From Bdellovibrionales bacterium (GTDB lineage: Bacteria > Bdellovibrionota > Bdellovibrionia > Bdellovibrionales > UBA1609): a stretch of DNA of 64,000 bases. Below are positions 31,729-41,621 of this stretch, piece by piece. The stretch's first letter is position 1; each line of letters starts with the position of its first letter. A program made the position numbers and the translations under genes. Under the pieces are notes generated by a model. That model had not been told where the DNA came from. It worked only from the letters and a program-made list of their open reading frames with translations, and ran no database searches. Where the stretch lies: assembly GCA_965205945.1 (NCBI GenBank), contig CBDBIB010000002.1:128001-192000 (forward strand), written 5' to 3'.

Positions 31729-32223
31729 ATGAAGAAATTAAAAAGAATTATTTTTTTATTATCTATTTTATTTGTTTTTAAAGCATTTGCGCTAACACCT
31801 TCATTTAAAATTCATAAAACTAAAATAGATGAGACTATTAAAAATTGCCCAAAAAACATGATGTCTTTAGCTAAAGAACTTTTACAGATGGAGCTTGCTG
31901 GAATGAGATGGAGAGCTACAAAGCCATCATGTTTTGAATCTTTAAAAATGAAATATATTCATGCAATTAAAATGCCTGATGCTCAAGCACTTGATCTTGT
32001 AAAAGTTAAGAAAGGCTCAGAAAAAATTTTAAAAATTAAAGAGAATAAAGAGTTTTATACTCAAGATGTTTTCTTTCAAATTAAAAATGATGAAGGTAAG
32101 ATTATTAAAAGTAGTTTTAGTTTCATGCCCAACACAAAACCTGGTGGTAAAAAAGATGGACAAGGTTGTGCGCTCTTATCATCAACCCCAAATTCAGCTT
32201 TTGTATCAGAAGACTGTCTTTAA
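31729..32223 (+). CDS. Small secreted hypothetical protein (ATG at 31729 preferred over 31693)
   Basis: MKKLKRIIFLLSILFVFKAFA signal peptide; starts 2 nt after the upstream stop; 4 Cys. Confidence 0.7.
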   Translation: MKKLKRIIFLLSILFVFKAFALTPSFKIHKTKIDETIKNCPKNMMSLAKELLQMELAGMRWRATKPSCFESLKMKYIHAIKMPDAQALDLVKVKKGSEKILKIKENKEFYTQDVFFQIKNDEGKIIKSSFSFMPNTKPGGKKDGQGCALLSSTPNSAFVSEDCL

Positions 32224-32281
32224 AACAATCTATCTAAAAAGGGCGTTGTTGCATATGAGTGTTTAACCGCAAGGTAAAACT

Positions 32282-33514
32282 TTAGTCAATACTCATATGA
32301 ATTATTAAGGGGCTTCCTTTAGGGGGAGGGGAGTCTTTTTGGTTAGAGTTATTTGAATTAGAGGAAGTTGCTGTGGATGAATTCTCATTAGAGGAATCAT
32401 TTTTATCTAACTGTGTAATGAAAATTTCTTTTAAGGCATTTGCATCTAAGACATAAGCTGTAATAGTTGTTGTTACGTTTCCTGTGATGCCAGATGATGT
32501 GACTAAAAAAGTAGAAAGAGGGGAGTAAACAATGGGTATGCCGTTTGAGTGAATTTCTTCAATTCTAGAAAAGTTAAGTTCATTTAAAAGGTTGTTAAAA
32601 CTGTTTTCATCAAGATTTCCACTGTAAGCCTGTATCTGACTTCTGCGTTTTAAAAAATCTGCTGTAACTTGTTCAGTAAACTGAGGATCGATACTCATTA
32701 AGACATTTTTTTCAGCAGTGTTTACATTGATTCCAAAGGTACCATGAATGGTGACAAGGTTTTTTAAGTGTTTAAATAAAAGGTCGTCCATTTTATCTAC
32801 AAGCATGAGTTCAGATAAAGTCATAAAGGAGGAGTTTCTTGGATAACCTTGTTGCTCTTTAAAGGTATAAAAGCTTGACTCACTCCCGCCATTTCGAGAT
32901 TCTTCATCTTTGTCTATCCAATCGGCAACGTTGTTTAAAACTTCCTTTATGGAATCTATGGAGTGTTCTTTTGATAGGTCGCGATCTGTTTGCAAAAGTT
33001 GTGTAAATGTGCGTAATAGGGTCTTTAATGTTTTGTCAGAAATGATTTTTATAGGGGACCCTAGGCTATTTAAATCTATTTTTTGTCCAGCGTCTTGGAT
33101 TTGGTGGAAAAAAGTAATGTTACTAATTAAGGATTTTTTTAAAATAGTTTTGGTTTCATCTTTTGAGATTAGCCCTGCATTTTCTGGAATTGTAATGGGC
33201 CATGGCAAAGGAAATTGCCAAATCATTGAAAGCTGTTGATCAAAGTTTATATTTTGACCCTCCACAGCTTTACTGATTGAGGCTTTTGCATGTTGAAAAG
33301 CCTTTATTCTTAATAAGGCCATATTTAAACCTGCTTTTGCAGAGTATTTAGATTTTAATTTTTTTAATTCTCTATTTGCAAGAGTAGATTCAGTAAGTGT
33401 TTCTATAGAGAGCTGAGTAACAATAAAACTAGCAATAGTAAAAAAGAAAAGAGCCATCATCAACGCAGCGCCGGTTTCATTTTTTCTATTTATAGTGATT
33501 CTTTTATTATACAT
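32282..33514 (-). CDS. gspK: Type II secretion protein K
   Basis: G/AALMMAL prepilin-like start, KIDLN, DWIDKD, INVNTA. Confidence 0.88.
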   Translation of the reverse strand: MYNKRITINRKNETGAALMMALFFFTIASFIVTQLSIETLTESTLANRELKKLKSKYSAKAGLNMALLRIKAFQHAKASISKAVEGQNINFDQQLSMIWQFPLPWPITIPENAGLISKDETKTILKKSLISNITFFHQIQDAGQKIDLNSLGSPIKIISDKTLKTLLRTFTQLLQTDRDLSKEHSIDSIKEVLNNVADWIDKDEESRNGGSESSFYTFKEQQGYPRNSSFMTLSELMLVDKMDDLLFKHLKNLVTIHGTFGINVNTAEKNVLMSIDPQFTEQVTADFLKRRSQIQAYSGNLDENSFNNLLNELNFSRIEEIHSNGIPIVYSPLSTFLVTSSGITGNVTTTITAYVLDANALKEIFITQLDKNDSSNENSSTATSSNSNNSNQKDSPPPKGSPLIIHMSID

Positions 33515-34467
33515 TATAAAGGGAGCTCTTCGGGTTGATTTATATCACTTATGGATTTTAAGGTTTCAAAGTCTTTGATCTTTTTAAAAGGATTGTTGTT
33601 TGCAAAATCAGTTTGAAAAACACCAGTTAGATATTTTTTTTTAAACTTTTTTTTATTTTTTTTATTAGGAATTTTTATTTCTAAAAATAAAGAAACAGCT
33701 GCAGGAAATTTATTTCCTGTACGCTCATCGCTTTTACTTCGACTATCCCAAGACTCAACCCAATCAACGGTTTCTTTTAAAATATCTTTATTTTGAAAAC
33801 TTAAATATTTAAATTTAGCTTTTTCAATATTCTCAATGAGGACAGACTCTTTTCCACCTTTGGTCACATCCTCATCAAGGTTATATGATACCGATCTCCA
33901 GAGGCATTTAGATTCTTGACCATTATATCTTCGACTCTTACAGGTTCTAATAAAGTATCCAATTTCAACTAAATCAGAAATTTTATCGGCAGATCTAAAG
34001 CGAACTCCTGAAGAAGAAGTAAAATAAACTTTTTCCTTATCGCCAACAAAATTAGTATAGATTTTTTCTTCAATAAGTGTACTTGGCTTTGGGCGAGGTT
34101 GAATATTCATACTTTTTTTTAGTTCTTTGGTTAATGTTAGAACAGTTATAAGAGGCCTAGGTTTTTCTTTCTTATTATACTCTGTGACTTTTTTTTTAAC
34201 ATTAGCATCATATCTTTTAATGCGCTCTTTTTGAGCCTCATTGTATAAGAATAAATTTAAATCACGAAAGTTAATAGCTTTTCCAATATCTTTTTTAATT
34301 ATATTCATCGCAGCTCTTAGTTGATTGATGTTATCTATGCCAGCTGTGATTCTTTTAGTTTGTATGGTGGACTTTCTAAGCATTTGTGTAGTTGTGATAC
34401 TTAGAATAGACATAAGAGATATTGCTATGAGTAGTTCTAAAAGAGTGAAGGCTTTTTGGTTTGTCAT
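33514..34467 (-). CDS. gspJ: Type II secretion pseudopilin J
   Basis: AFTLLELLIA N-methylation motif, WVESWDS, PAAV; lies between gspI and gspK. Confidence 0.8.
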   Translation of the reverse strand: MTNQKAFTLLELLIAISLMSILSITTTQMLRKSTIQTKRITAGIDNINQLRAAMNIIKKDIGKAINFRDLNLFLYNEAQKERIKRYDANVKKKVTEYNKKEKPRPLITVLTLTKELKKSMNIQPRPKPSTLIEEKIYTNFVGDKEKVYFTSSSGVRFRSADKISDLVEIGYFIRTCKSRRYNGQESKCLWRSVSYNLDEDVTKGGKESVLIENIEKAKFKYLSFQNKDILKETVDWVESWDSRSKSDERTGNKFPAAVSLFLEIKIPNKKNKKKFKKKYLTGVFQTDFANNNPFKKIKDFETLKSISDINQPEELPL

Positions 34468-34994
34468 AGTCCACTAACTTTTAAAGGAAGGTTGCCTAAT
34501 CCTAGATTTAAAGGGGTGTCGTAATTTACTAAAATTGTTGCAATAGAGAAACGATACTCTTGAGCTTTTGGGGAGGATTTATAAATTATTGTGACTTTTA
34601 CCTCCTTAATGGAATCTTCAAGGTATTTTTTCATTTGAGTTATGATTTTATGAGTGGTTTCGTTAAGAATACCTTTTTTTTGTATGAAAAGACGAGCTAT
34701 ATCAGGCATTTTAAATTCAGCACTCTCCCATTCCCATGTATACGCAGAAAGGTTTTTGTCCTTAAAATTTCCTTTTTGAAGGTCTGTAGGAAGGTTTTTT
34801 ATATCATTTTTATACATAATTTGGATTTCTGTCATTTTTTTTTCTAAAAGGTAAACAGCTTGAGTTTTTGCTTCTGATTTTTTAACTCTCCTTAAATTTC
34901 CTTTCCAGCTAGATGTAAGTAGGATCATTATGGAAGCTAAAATAGATAAAGCTATAATGACTTCTAAAAGAGTGAAGCCTTTTAAAGATTTCAT
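34464..34994 (-). CDS. gspI: Type II secretion pseudopilin I
   Basis: GFTLLEVIIAL motif; operon position. Confidence 0.78.
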   Translation of the reverse strand: MKSLKGFTLLEVIIALSILASIMILLTSSWKGNLRRVKKSEAKTQAVYLLEKKMTEIQIMYKNDIKNLPTDLQKGNFKDKNLSAYTWEWESAEFKMPDIARLFIQKKGILNETTHKIITQMKKYLEDSIKEVKVTIIYKSSPKAQEYRFSIATILVNYDTPLNLGLGNLPLKVSGL

Positions 34995-35622
34995 CGATCC
35001 TGGAGCTCCTTTAAACTTTTATGACCGTTGACTGTAAAAAGTTCGCCACTAATGCTATCTGAAACTACAGTTATTTTATAAGATTCGTTAAGGTTTGTAA
35101 ATTGTATGCAGGTTTCTTCAACAAGGCCATGAGGAAAGTAGTGAAATGCTCCAAGGCCTTTATCAATAGGGTAATTAATCCCTGAAATTTCAATTTGATT
35201 AATTTTTAAATTTTTCGGCATTTTTAATTTTTCAAAATTAAATTTTCTAGCTTCTTTAAAGCCCTCATTGTTTTCTAGTTTAGTAGTTTTTTGGGTTTGA
35301 TCATTGTTTTGAAAATTTTAAGAATGTCTTTAAATTTTTCTCTAGATTTTTTTTCTGTTCCTAAAAGAATGGGTTTAGATGTTTTTTCAACCCAAATTTT
35401 AGGGGCTTTTTTATCATTTAATAAGAAAACAATTCTATATGTTGAGTTTTTTAATAAAGCTTGGTTTCTTATTCTTTTTGACATGGCAGAAAAGCGTCTA
35501 AAAAAACGTTGGAATTCTTTTTGAGGATTCTTGGGTCGTGTTGTAGCAAATACAGCTAAAGTGCCTAAAATACCTAACACTATAAGAATTTCAATAAGGG
35601 AGAATCCATTTTTCTTCGTCAT
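34991..35622 (-). CDS. gspH: Type II secretion pseudopilin H-like, split by a -1 frameshift near 35310-35320
   Basis: ORF 35275-35622 has GFSLIEILIV. The frame of ORF 34991-35221 is open back to 35317 and contains HYFPHGLVE...SGE, the GspH/FimT C-terminal pattern. Confidence 0.72.
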
Positions 35623-35692
35623 AATTTATTGTAGAATGTAATTGCTTAGGGTGGAAGTTAAATCTTTATAGAGTTTTTTTATATTAAGAATT

Positions 35693-36517
35693 TTAGTTTA
35701 ATAAAAGAACATGTGATTTTAGGTTTTCATAAATAAGGTTTAATGCTTTTTCAATTTTTTTTGAAATTTTAGAAAAAACTTCGGTTTTAAGGTTTTTAGT
35801 TTCTTCATCCATATATATTGATCTATTCATTTCTATTTGAATAGTGTGTCTGCCTTTAAAAGGGTTACCATAAGTTTGGGTTATTCGACCCCCTTTATAA
35901 GGCCAGTTTACCGTTACTTCAAAACCAGCACTCTTATAAGAAGAAACAACAAGATCTCTAAATTTAGGATCGCAACTTTGTCCATCTTGATCACTAATTA
36001 CTATTTCAGCTCTAGTTTCTCCAGGGTCTCTGTGTATCGCTGTCCCTTTAGAGGGCATACTGTGAACATCAATATGAAAAATACGCTTGTGGCCTTGTAA
36101 TTTAAAATATTCAAACTGTGCTTTAATAGCTTTATGAAAAGGGTCATAATAAGATTTTATTAAAATAGAGTGAAGCTCTTTTGATATAGGTTTTTTCATA
36201 AGAACCTCATCAATACTTGTTTTAACCCAATACAGCCCGTTTGAAAAAGTGCCAGCAGAGTTTGTGGATTTTTGAACACTATTAGCGTCAATATCTATAA
36301 CTAATCTGTTTAAATCAACAGCATATCTAGACCATGGAGTGTATATAAATGGAAGGCCTTTTTTTTTTGCTAGAGGTCTATAAAAGCTGTCTATAAAGCG
36401 GTCAACGTCTCTTAATAGAGTAATAGGGTTGATATCTTGTAGCCAGGTGGCTTCCATAGGAATTTTTTCGCCAGAGTGTGGGCATGATATAAATATAGGT
36501 AAATTTGATTCATTCAT
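35693..36517 (-). CDS. N-formylglutamate amidohydrolase
   Basis: PHSG, SRYAVDLNR, YYDPFH, DVHSMPS, NWPYKGG.IT, IQIEMNRSIYMDE. Confidence 0.92.
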   Translation of the reverse strand: MNESNLPIFISCPHSGEKIPMEATWLQDINPITLLRDVDRFIDSFYRPLAKKKGLPFIYTPWSRYAVDLNRLVIDIDANSVQKSTNSAGTFSNGLYWVKTSIDEVLMKKPISKELHSILIKSYYDPFHKAIKAQFEYFKLQGHKRIFHIDVHSMPSKGTAIHRDPGETRAEIVISDQDGQSCDPKFRDLVVSSYKSAGFEVTVNWPYKGGRITQTYGNPFKGRHTIQIEMNRSIYMDEETKNLKTEVFSKISKKIEKALNLIYENLKSHVLLLN

Positions 36518-36595
36518 AGTAGTTATTTAAACATGTTTTTTAGAATTTTAAAATATGTGTTTATGAGTTTTAGTTTATAAGTTAGTCTATTTTAT

Positions 36596-37147
36596 ATGAA
36601 AATTTATACTAAAACAGGGGATGCTGGACAAACAAGTTTGTTTTCAGGAGAGAGGGTTTCAAAAGCACATAAATTAATCCAATCATTTGGGCTTTTAGAT
36701 GAGCTTAACACTGGTATAGGCGTTCTTATTTGTAGTTTAAGGAGGGAAGAATTAAAAGAATTTAATGAGTTTATTGAGTTTTTTGAAAATTTACAGAGTC
36801 AAATTTTTTCTCTAGGAAGTTATTTAGCATCAGAGTGTAAGGATAAACGGCACATTTTAAATATTTTAAAATGGGTAGATCTGCAGGAAACCTATATGGA
36901 TAAATTAGATGGTGAATTAAAACCGCTTAAAAATTTTATTCTTCCAGGAGGGTCAAGTTTTTCTTGTAAAGCTCACTACTGCAGGGTTTTGGCTCGTAAA
37001 GCAGAGAGATGTGTTGTTGGTATAGAGCTTGGTTTAAAAACAGGTCCTGTGATTCTTTACTTAAATAGATTATCGGATTTGTTTTTTGTATTTGCAAGGT
37101 GGATAAATCATATTAAAAATATTGAGGAACCTATTTGGAAAAATTAA
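36596..37147 (+). CDS. PduO-type cob(I)alamin adenosyltransferase
   Basis: KIYTKTGD.GQT, DELN, FILPGG, R.AER, YLNRLSD.FF. Confidence 0.93.
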   Translation: MKIYTKTGDAGQTSLFSGERVSKAHKLIQSFGLLDELNTGIGVLICSLRREELKEFNEFIEFFENLQSQIFSLGSYLASECKDKRHILNILKWVDLQETYMDKLDGELKPLKNFILPGGSSFSCKAHYCRVLARKAERCVVGIELGLKTGPVILYLNRLSDLFFVFARWINHIKNIEEPIWKN

Positions 37148-38283
37148 ATTGTGAAAGCCAAATGGTTAAAAATTTAGATAAAGAAGAGTTTGAAGAAATG
37201 GGCCCTAGCTTAAGTGGATCTTTTATGGATTTTTCTTTTAAAAAGGGGTCTGCAGCGTACTATGCTCAGTTTGGAGAAAACGTACAAAAAAGATATTTAG
37301 TAGGTGGAAATGGTAAGATAAAATCAGAATTTACAGCATTTACAAGAGATTTATATCAAAAGGATAAAAATAGTGTTGTAAAAGTTCTTTTTATTGTAAA
37401 CTTAAGAACTGTAAGCACCAGAGAGTCTTTAATAGGATGGTCTGAAAAAGTATTTCCTGAAATTTTAAAATTAAAAAAAGAATTTTCATGTGATCATGCT
37501 CTTTTCTTTTTATCTAGAAGAGAGAAATGGTTGTTTGATTTTTTTATTCGTCCAAGAAAAAAAAGAGAAGATCAAATAAGGTTTAGTCATTTGCGTGGAG
37601 TAAATATACAAATTGTTCAAGGAAAAAAATTTTCCTCAGAGGCTCCACTTAAACATGTTAAAATAAGGCGTGCTAAGGAAGAAGATCTTCAAAAATTAAG
37701 TGGGTATATAAAGCAAGCATCTATGCATGCACTACTTTCAAGAAATGTAGGTAAAGAACAAGTTTTAAAAGAGTTTAAGACAGTAAAAAATTTTTCTCCT
37801 AATGATGTGGCTCTAGCTTTTAATTCAAATAATGAAATTGTAGGGTCTTTGGGTGCAGTAGATATGACAGGTCATGCAGATATTAAATTTAAATTTAATG
37901 ATGTATTTGAACCCAACTTTAATATTCTTCAAGATTATTTAAGGCTAGCTTCTTGGGTTGCAGACTTAAGACCGGTTTCAAGAAAAAAACTGCAATTTGT
38001 AAGAATTTTTACACACATGTATTTTAATAATCATGATATTTTTTATTCTTTAATTTATTGGTGGATTGAGCAGACAAAACATATTTCTAAAAAAGAAAGG
38101 CCTGTATTTTTGTATCCTTTTTATGTGGGAGATTTAAAGGCAACAGCGTCAGAATCTCTTTTTGTAAGTAGTTTTAAGGGTGATATTTATTTAATTCAGG
38201 AAGAAGGAGAGCTGCCATCTAAACTGTTAAAACCAGTGCTTTTTTCTGAATCATTAGATATGGATTTAACATATTTAATTTAA
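37135..38283 (+). CDS. Hypothetical protein (possible GNAT-like fold)
   Basis: 382-aa ORF; IRRAKEEDLQKL resembles the start of a GNAT domain, otherwise unassigned. Confidence 0.55.
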   Translation: MEKLNCESQMVKNLDKEEFEEMGPSLSGSFMDFSFKKGSAAYYAQFGENVQKRYLVGGNGKIKSEFTAFTRDLYQKDKNSVVKVLFIVNLRTVSTRESLIGWSEKVFPEILKLKKEFSCDHALFFLSRREKWLFDFFIRPRKKREDQIRFSHLRGVNIQIVQGKKFSSEAPLKHVKIRRAKEEDLQKLSGYIKQASMHALLSRNVGKEQVLKEFKTVKNFSPNDVALAFNSNNEIVGSLGAVDMTGHADIKFKFNDVFEPNFNILQDYLRLASWVADLRPVSRKKLQFVRIFTHMYFNNHDIFYSLIYWWIEQTKHISKKERPVFLYPFYVGDLKATASESLFVSSFKGDIYLIQEEGELPSKLLKPVLFSESLDMDLTYLI

Positions 38284-38409
38284 TTAAAATATAGTTTGAG
38301 TAAAGTCTTTTAGGCTATTTTAAAAAGAGCCTAGACGATTTGCTTGCAGGTTATCCCACAAAGAGGGAAACTGTTATAAAGTATATTTAAATATTTTTGG
38401 TGGGAATGA

Positions 38410-39363
38410 ATGAATAGCAACCATTTTAAAAATGAAAAAATAAAAAGCATTTTAGTTTATTTTTTCTTGTTATACTTAGCATATGTTATTGCTGATATAT
38501 GTGTACTTAAATTTATTAAACCTAAATTTTTAGTTAAAATGTCAGAAAAAAACAAAAAGGGTTTAAGGGCTAGTACTTTTGAGCCTGAAACAAAAAGTTT
38601 TAAAGTTACTGAGTTAGGAGATAGAAGGATTTTTACTGATAAAATAATAGAACGTAATATATTTAATTCAAAAGAAATGCCTAAACCTATTGCAAGCTTT
38701 AAAGGTAGAAATAGACCTGAGGATTTTGAGGATGGAGAGCCTGTGCTATCAGCTTTACAACTTACATTAGAAGGGACAGTTGTTCATAGAAATCCATTTA
38801 GATCTCTTGCAACCATCACAAATTCAAAAAATACTATGAGTTATACAGTTGGTGATAAGGTAGCAGATTTTGCTGAAATTATAAGCGTGATTCGTAAAAA
38901 AGTTATTATCAGAAATTTAAAAACCAAAGGACTTGAATATATTAAAATTTCTAAGGATCAGGTTCCTGTAAAAGCACCCGTAGTTAGAAATAAATTTAGA
39001 TCTAGTAATGAAAAATCTAGTAATCTAATTAAAAAAGATGGCAATAGGTTTACTGCTAAAAGGGCTGATGTGGATGCTCAGATAGCAAATATTTCATCAT
39101 TAGCCAGGCAGGCAAAGAGTAGACTTGTTAGGGATCCTGCAACAGGTGAAGTTTTAGGTTATCAAATTTTTGATATTAAACCAGGGTTGTTACAAGGCTT
39201 AGGTATTCAAAATGAGGATATTATTATTGAGGTGAATGGAAGGCCAATTACTAACCCACTTCAGGCAACAAGTGCTTTTTCAAAGCTTAAAGATAAAAAT
39301 GAAATTAGAACTACAATAAATCGTGGTGGTCGAATTATTCAATTAGATTATATAATTGAATAA
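38410..39363 (+). CDS. gspC: Type II secretion protein C (PDZ domain)
   Basis: N-terminal TM, RNIF, L.L.GTV, C-terminal PDZ (LGIQNEDII.EVNG); precedes gspD. Confidence 0.88.
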   Translation: MNSNHFKNEKIKSILVYFFLLYLAYVIADICVLKFIKPKFLVKMSEKNKKGLRASTFEPETKSFKVTELGDRRIFTDKIIERNIFNSKEMPKPIASFKGRNRPEDFEDGEPVLSALQLTLEGTVVHRNPFRSLATITNSKNTMSYTVGDKVADFAEIISVIRKKVIIRNLKTKGLEYIKISKDQVPVKAPVVRNKFRSSNEKSSNLIKKDGNRFTAKRADVDAQIANISSLARQAKSRLVRDPATGEVLGYQIFDIKPGLLQGLGIQNEDIIIEVNGRPITNPLQATSAFSKLKDKNEIRTTINRGGRIIQLDYIIE

Positions 39364-39368
39364 GGTTT

Positions 39369-41621
39369 TTGAGAAAAAGGGGATTTATGAATAGAGTAAC
39401 AACAATATTTACAGTATTTTTTGTGATTACAAGTATATCTTTAAGTACTTCTTATGCTCAAACTAGAGAAACATATAAAGTAAAAGGGGCAAAAGGATAT
39501 TCAACAGATGAAACTGTAGGGCCTAAATCAAAAGCAGGTGTTAAATTTAGTGATGCATTTCCTGAAGAGATAAATGAAAAAAATTATCCAGATATGATTG
39601 ATACCTTTGATTACCCGAGTATTGAGATTAAAGATCTTATAAATGTTATTGCTGAATTAACAGGTAAGAGGTTTATTACTTCAGAAAAAATTAGCGGTAA
39701 AGTAACAATTAGTTCAAAAGAGCCTATTTCTGTTGCTGAAGCTTATAAGGTTTTTTTATCGGCTTTACAAATAAATGATTTGACAGTTGTTCCTTCAGGA
39801 AAATTTTTAAAGATTATTAAAACAAGAGATGCAATTAAACTGTCTATTGAGACTTATACAGGAAACTATTTCCCTGATTCAGATCAAATGATTATTAAGA
39901 CTGTTAAATTAAAATATATTCCTGTAGCTGAACTAGTTAAATCTTTAAGGTCATTATATTCTAAAGATGGTGATATTAAAGAATATGGACCTACAAACTC
40001 TCTTATTATATCTGATTGGGGTTCAAATGTAGAAAAAATTGTTGGAATCATTAGAGAGCTAGATGTACCAGGGTTTGAAGAAAAAATGGAAGTGATCCCT
40101 ATTAAGTATGCGTTAGCTAAGGATATTGCTAAATTGATTAATAATATTATTAATAAAGGTGAGAAAAGATCAAGCTCAATTCCTAGGTTTAGAAGATCTA
40201 GAAGTGGAGATTCTTCAGGAAAAAGTTCAGTTAGTCTGTCATATGTAACTGATGATACAAGAACTAATTCAATTATTGCCTTAGGTAATTCTGAAGGGAT
40301 CGATAAGGCAAGAGAGCTTGTAAGTATTCTTGATTCTAAGCGTGATGGAGAACAAGAAGGTGGGGTTCATGTTTATTATGTTAAGTATAATGATGCTGAA
40401 GAAATGGCAAAAACATTAGGTGGTATTGCTGCTGATTCTAAAAAAGCTCAGGCTGATGGAAATAGCGGTAGAGGTTCTTCAGTAAATTTACCAGCTACAG
40501 CACAACCTAAGACGCCAACACAAATTTTTGGAAATGAAGTGGCAGTAAAGGCTGATAAAAATATAAATGCTCTTTTGATAACAGCAAGTGCTCCTGATTA
40601 TCAAAAAATAAAAGGAATTTTGTCTAAAATAGATATTCCAAGAGATCAAGTTTTTGTTGAAACTATTATTATGGAAATCACGTCTGATAATTACAGAGAT
40701 GTGGGGATAGATATTGCTAAAATTGATACCGCAGGTGCAACCAGTGAGGCTAACCCTGCATCAAGTTTTGCTGTTCAAGGTGTGTTTGGAAATGAAAGTG
40801 GTGGTTTAAAAGACTTTCTAACAAACCCTATTGCTGCTTTAAGTGGTGGTATATTATCTTTTGGTAGCGGAGAGAAAAAGTATTTAAACATAGGTGGTTT
40901 AAGAACTACTGTAAATTCTATAACGGGTTTAGTAAAATTAATTCAACGTTATAAAGTTGGAAATATTTTATCTACTCCTACAATTATGGCAATGGACAAT
41001 GAGGAAGCAGAGTTAGAGGTTGGAAAGGAAGTTGTTGTAGGGGAGCAACAGATTTCAACTGCCGCTGGAGCAACAGTTTCAACTCAAAGAGCAAATGTAA
41101 ATACGAGTTTAAAAATTACTCCATCCATTAGTCCAGAATCTAATGCTGTTAGACTTAAAATAGATCAGAAAGTTAAGGACGTTGTGCAGCCAGGAGACCC
41201 TAATACTGATATCAACACAAAATCTTTAATTACAAATATTACTGTTCCAAATGGTGACACAGCAGTTTTAGGAGGTTTAGTGAGTGAGAAGATTTCAAGT
41301 ACAGTAAATAAAGTTCCTTTGTTAGGAGACCTCCCAATTCTAGGGTGGTTGTTTAGATCTAAAAAGAAAGATGTTAGGAAATCAAATTTAATGCTTTTTA
41401 TAACACCTAAAATTATTAGAAACCCTATGCAGAATAAAGAATTGTTAAAAGTAGAAATTAATAGGCGTTTAAATTTTATTAAAAAAAATATGAATGGAGT
41501 AGATCCTTTTGGAACTAAAATTGATGAAATTTCTAAAATAAATCCTCTTAATGAGAGTTCTAGTTGGGAGGAGGAAACTCCTAAGGAACTAAAAGAATAT
41601 CCGGTAATTGAGACAGAATGA
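39369..41621 (+). CDS. gspD: Type II secretion secretin D
   Basis: N0-N3 domains, QVFVETII, NILSTP, KVPLLGDLPILGWLF, LMLFITPKII. Confidence 0.95.
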   Translation: MRKRGFMNRVTTIFTVFFVITSISLSTSYAQTRETYKVKGAKGYSTDETVGPKSKAGVKFSDAFPEEINEKNYPDMIDTFDYPSIEIKDLINVIAELTGKRFITSEKISGKVTISSKEPISVAEAYKVFLSALQINDLTVVPSGKFLKIIKTRDAIKLSIETYTGNYFPDSDQMIIKTVKLKYIPVAELVKSLRSLYSKDGDIKEYGPTNSLIISDWGSNVEKIVGIIRELDVPGFEEKMEVIPIKYALAKDIAKLINNIINKGEKRSSSIPRFRRSRSGDSSGKSSVSLSYVTDDTRTNSIIALGNSEGIDKARELVSILDSKRDGEQEGGVHVYYVKYNDAEEMAKTLGGIAADSKKAQADGNSGRGSSVNLPATAQPKTPTQIFGNEVAVKADKNINALLITASAPDYQKIKGILSKIDIPRDQVFVETIIMEITSDNYRDVGIDIAKIDTAGATSEANPASSFAVQGVFGNESGGLKDFLTNPIAALSGGILSFGSGEKKYLNIGGLRTTVNSITGLVKLIQRYKVGNILSTPTIMAMDNEEAELEVGKEVVVGEQQISTAAGATVSTQRANVNTSLKITPSISPESNAVRLKIDQKVKDVVQPGDPNTDINTKSLITNITVPNGDTAVLGGLVSEKISSTVNKVPLLGDLPILGWLFRSKKKDVRKSNLMLFITPKIIRNPMQNKELLKVEINRRLNFIKKNMNGVDPFGTKIDEISKINPLNESSSWEEETPKELKEYPVIETE

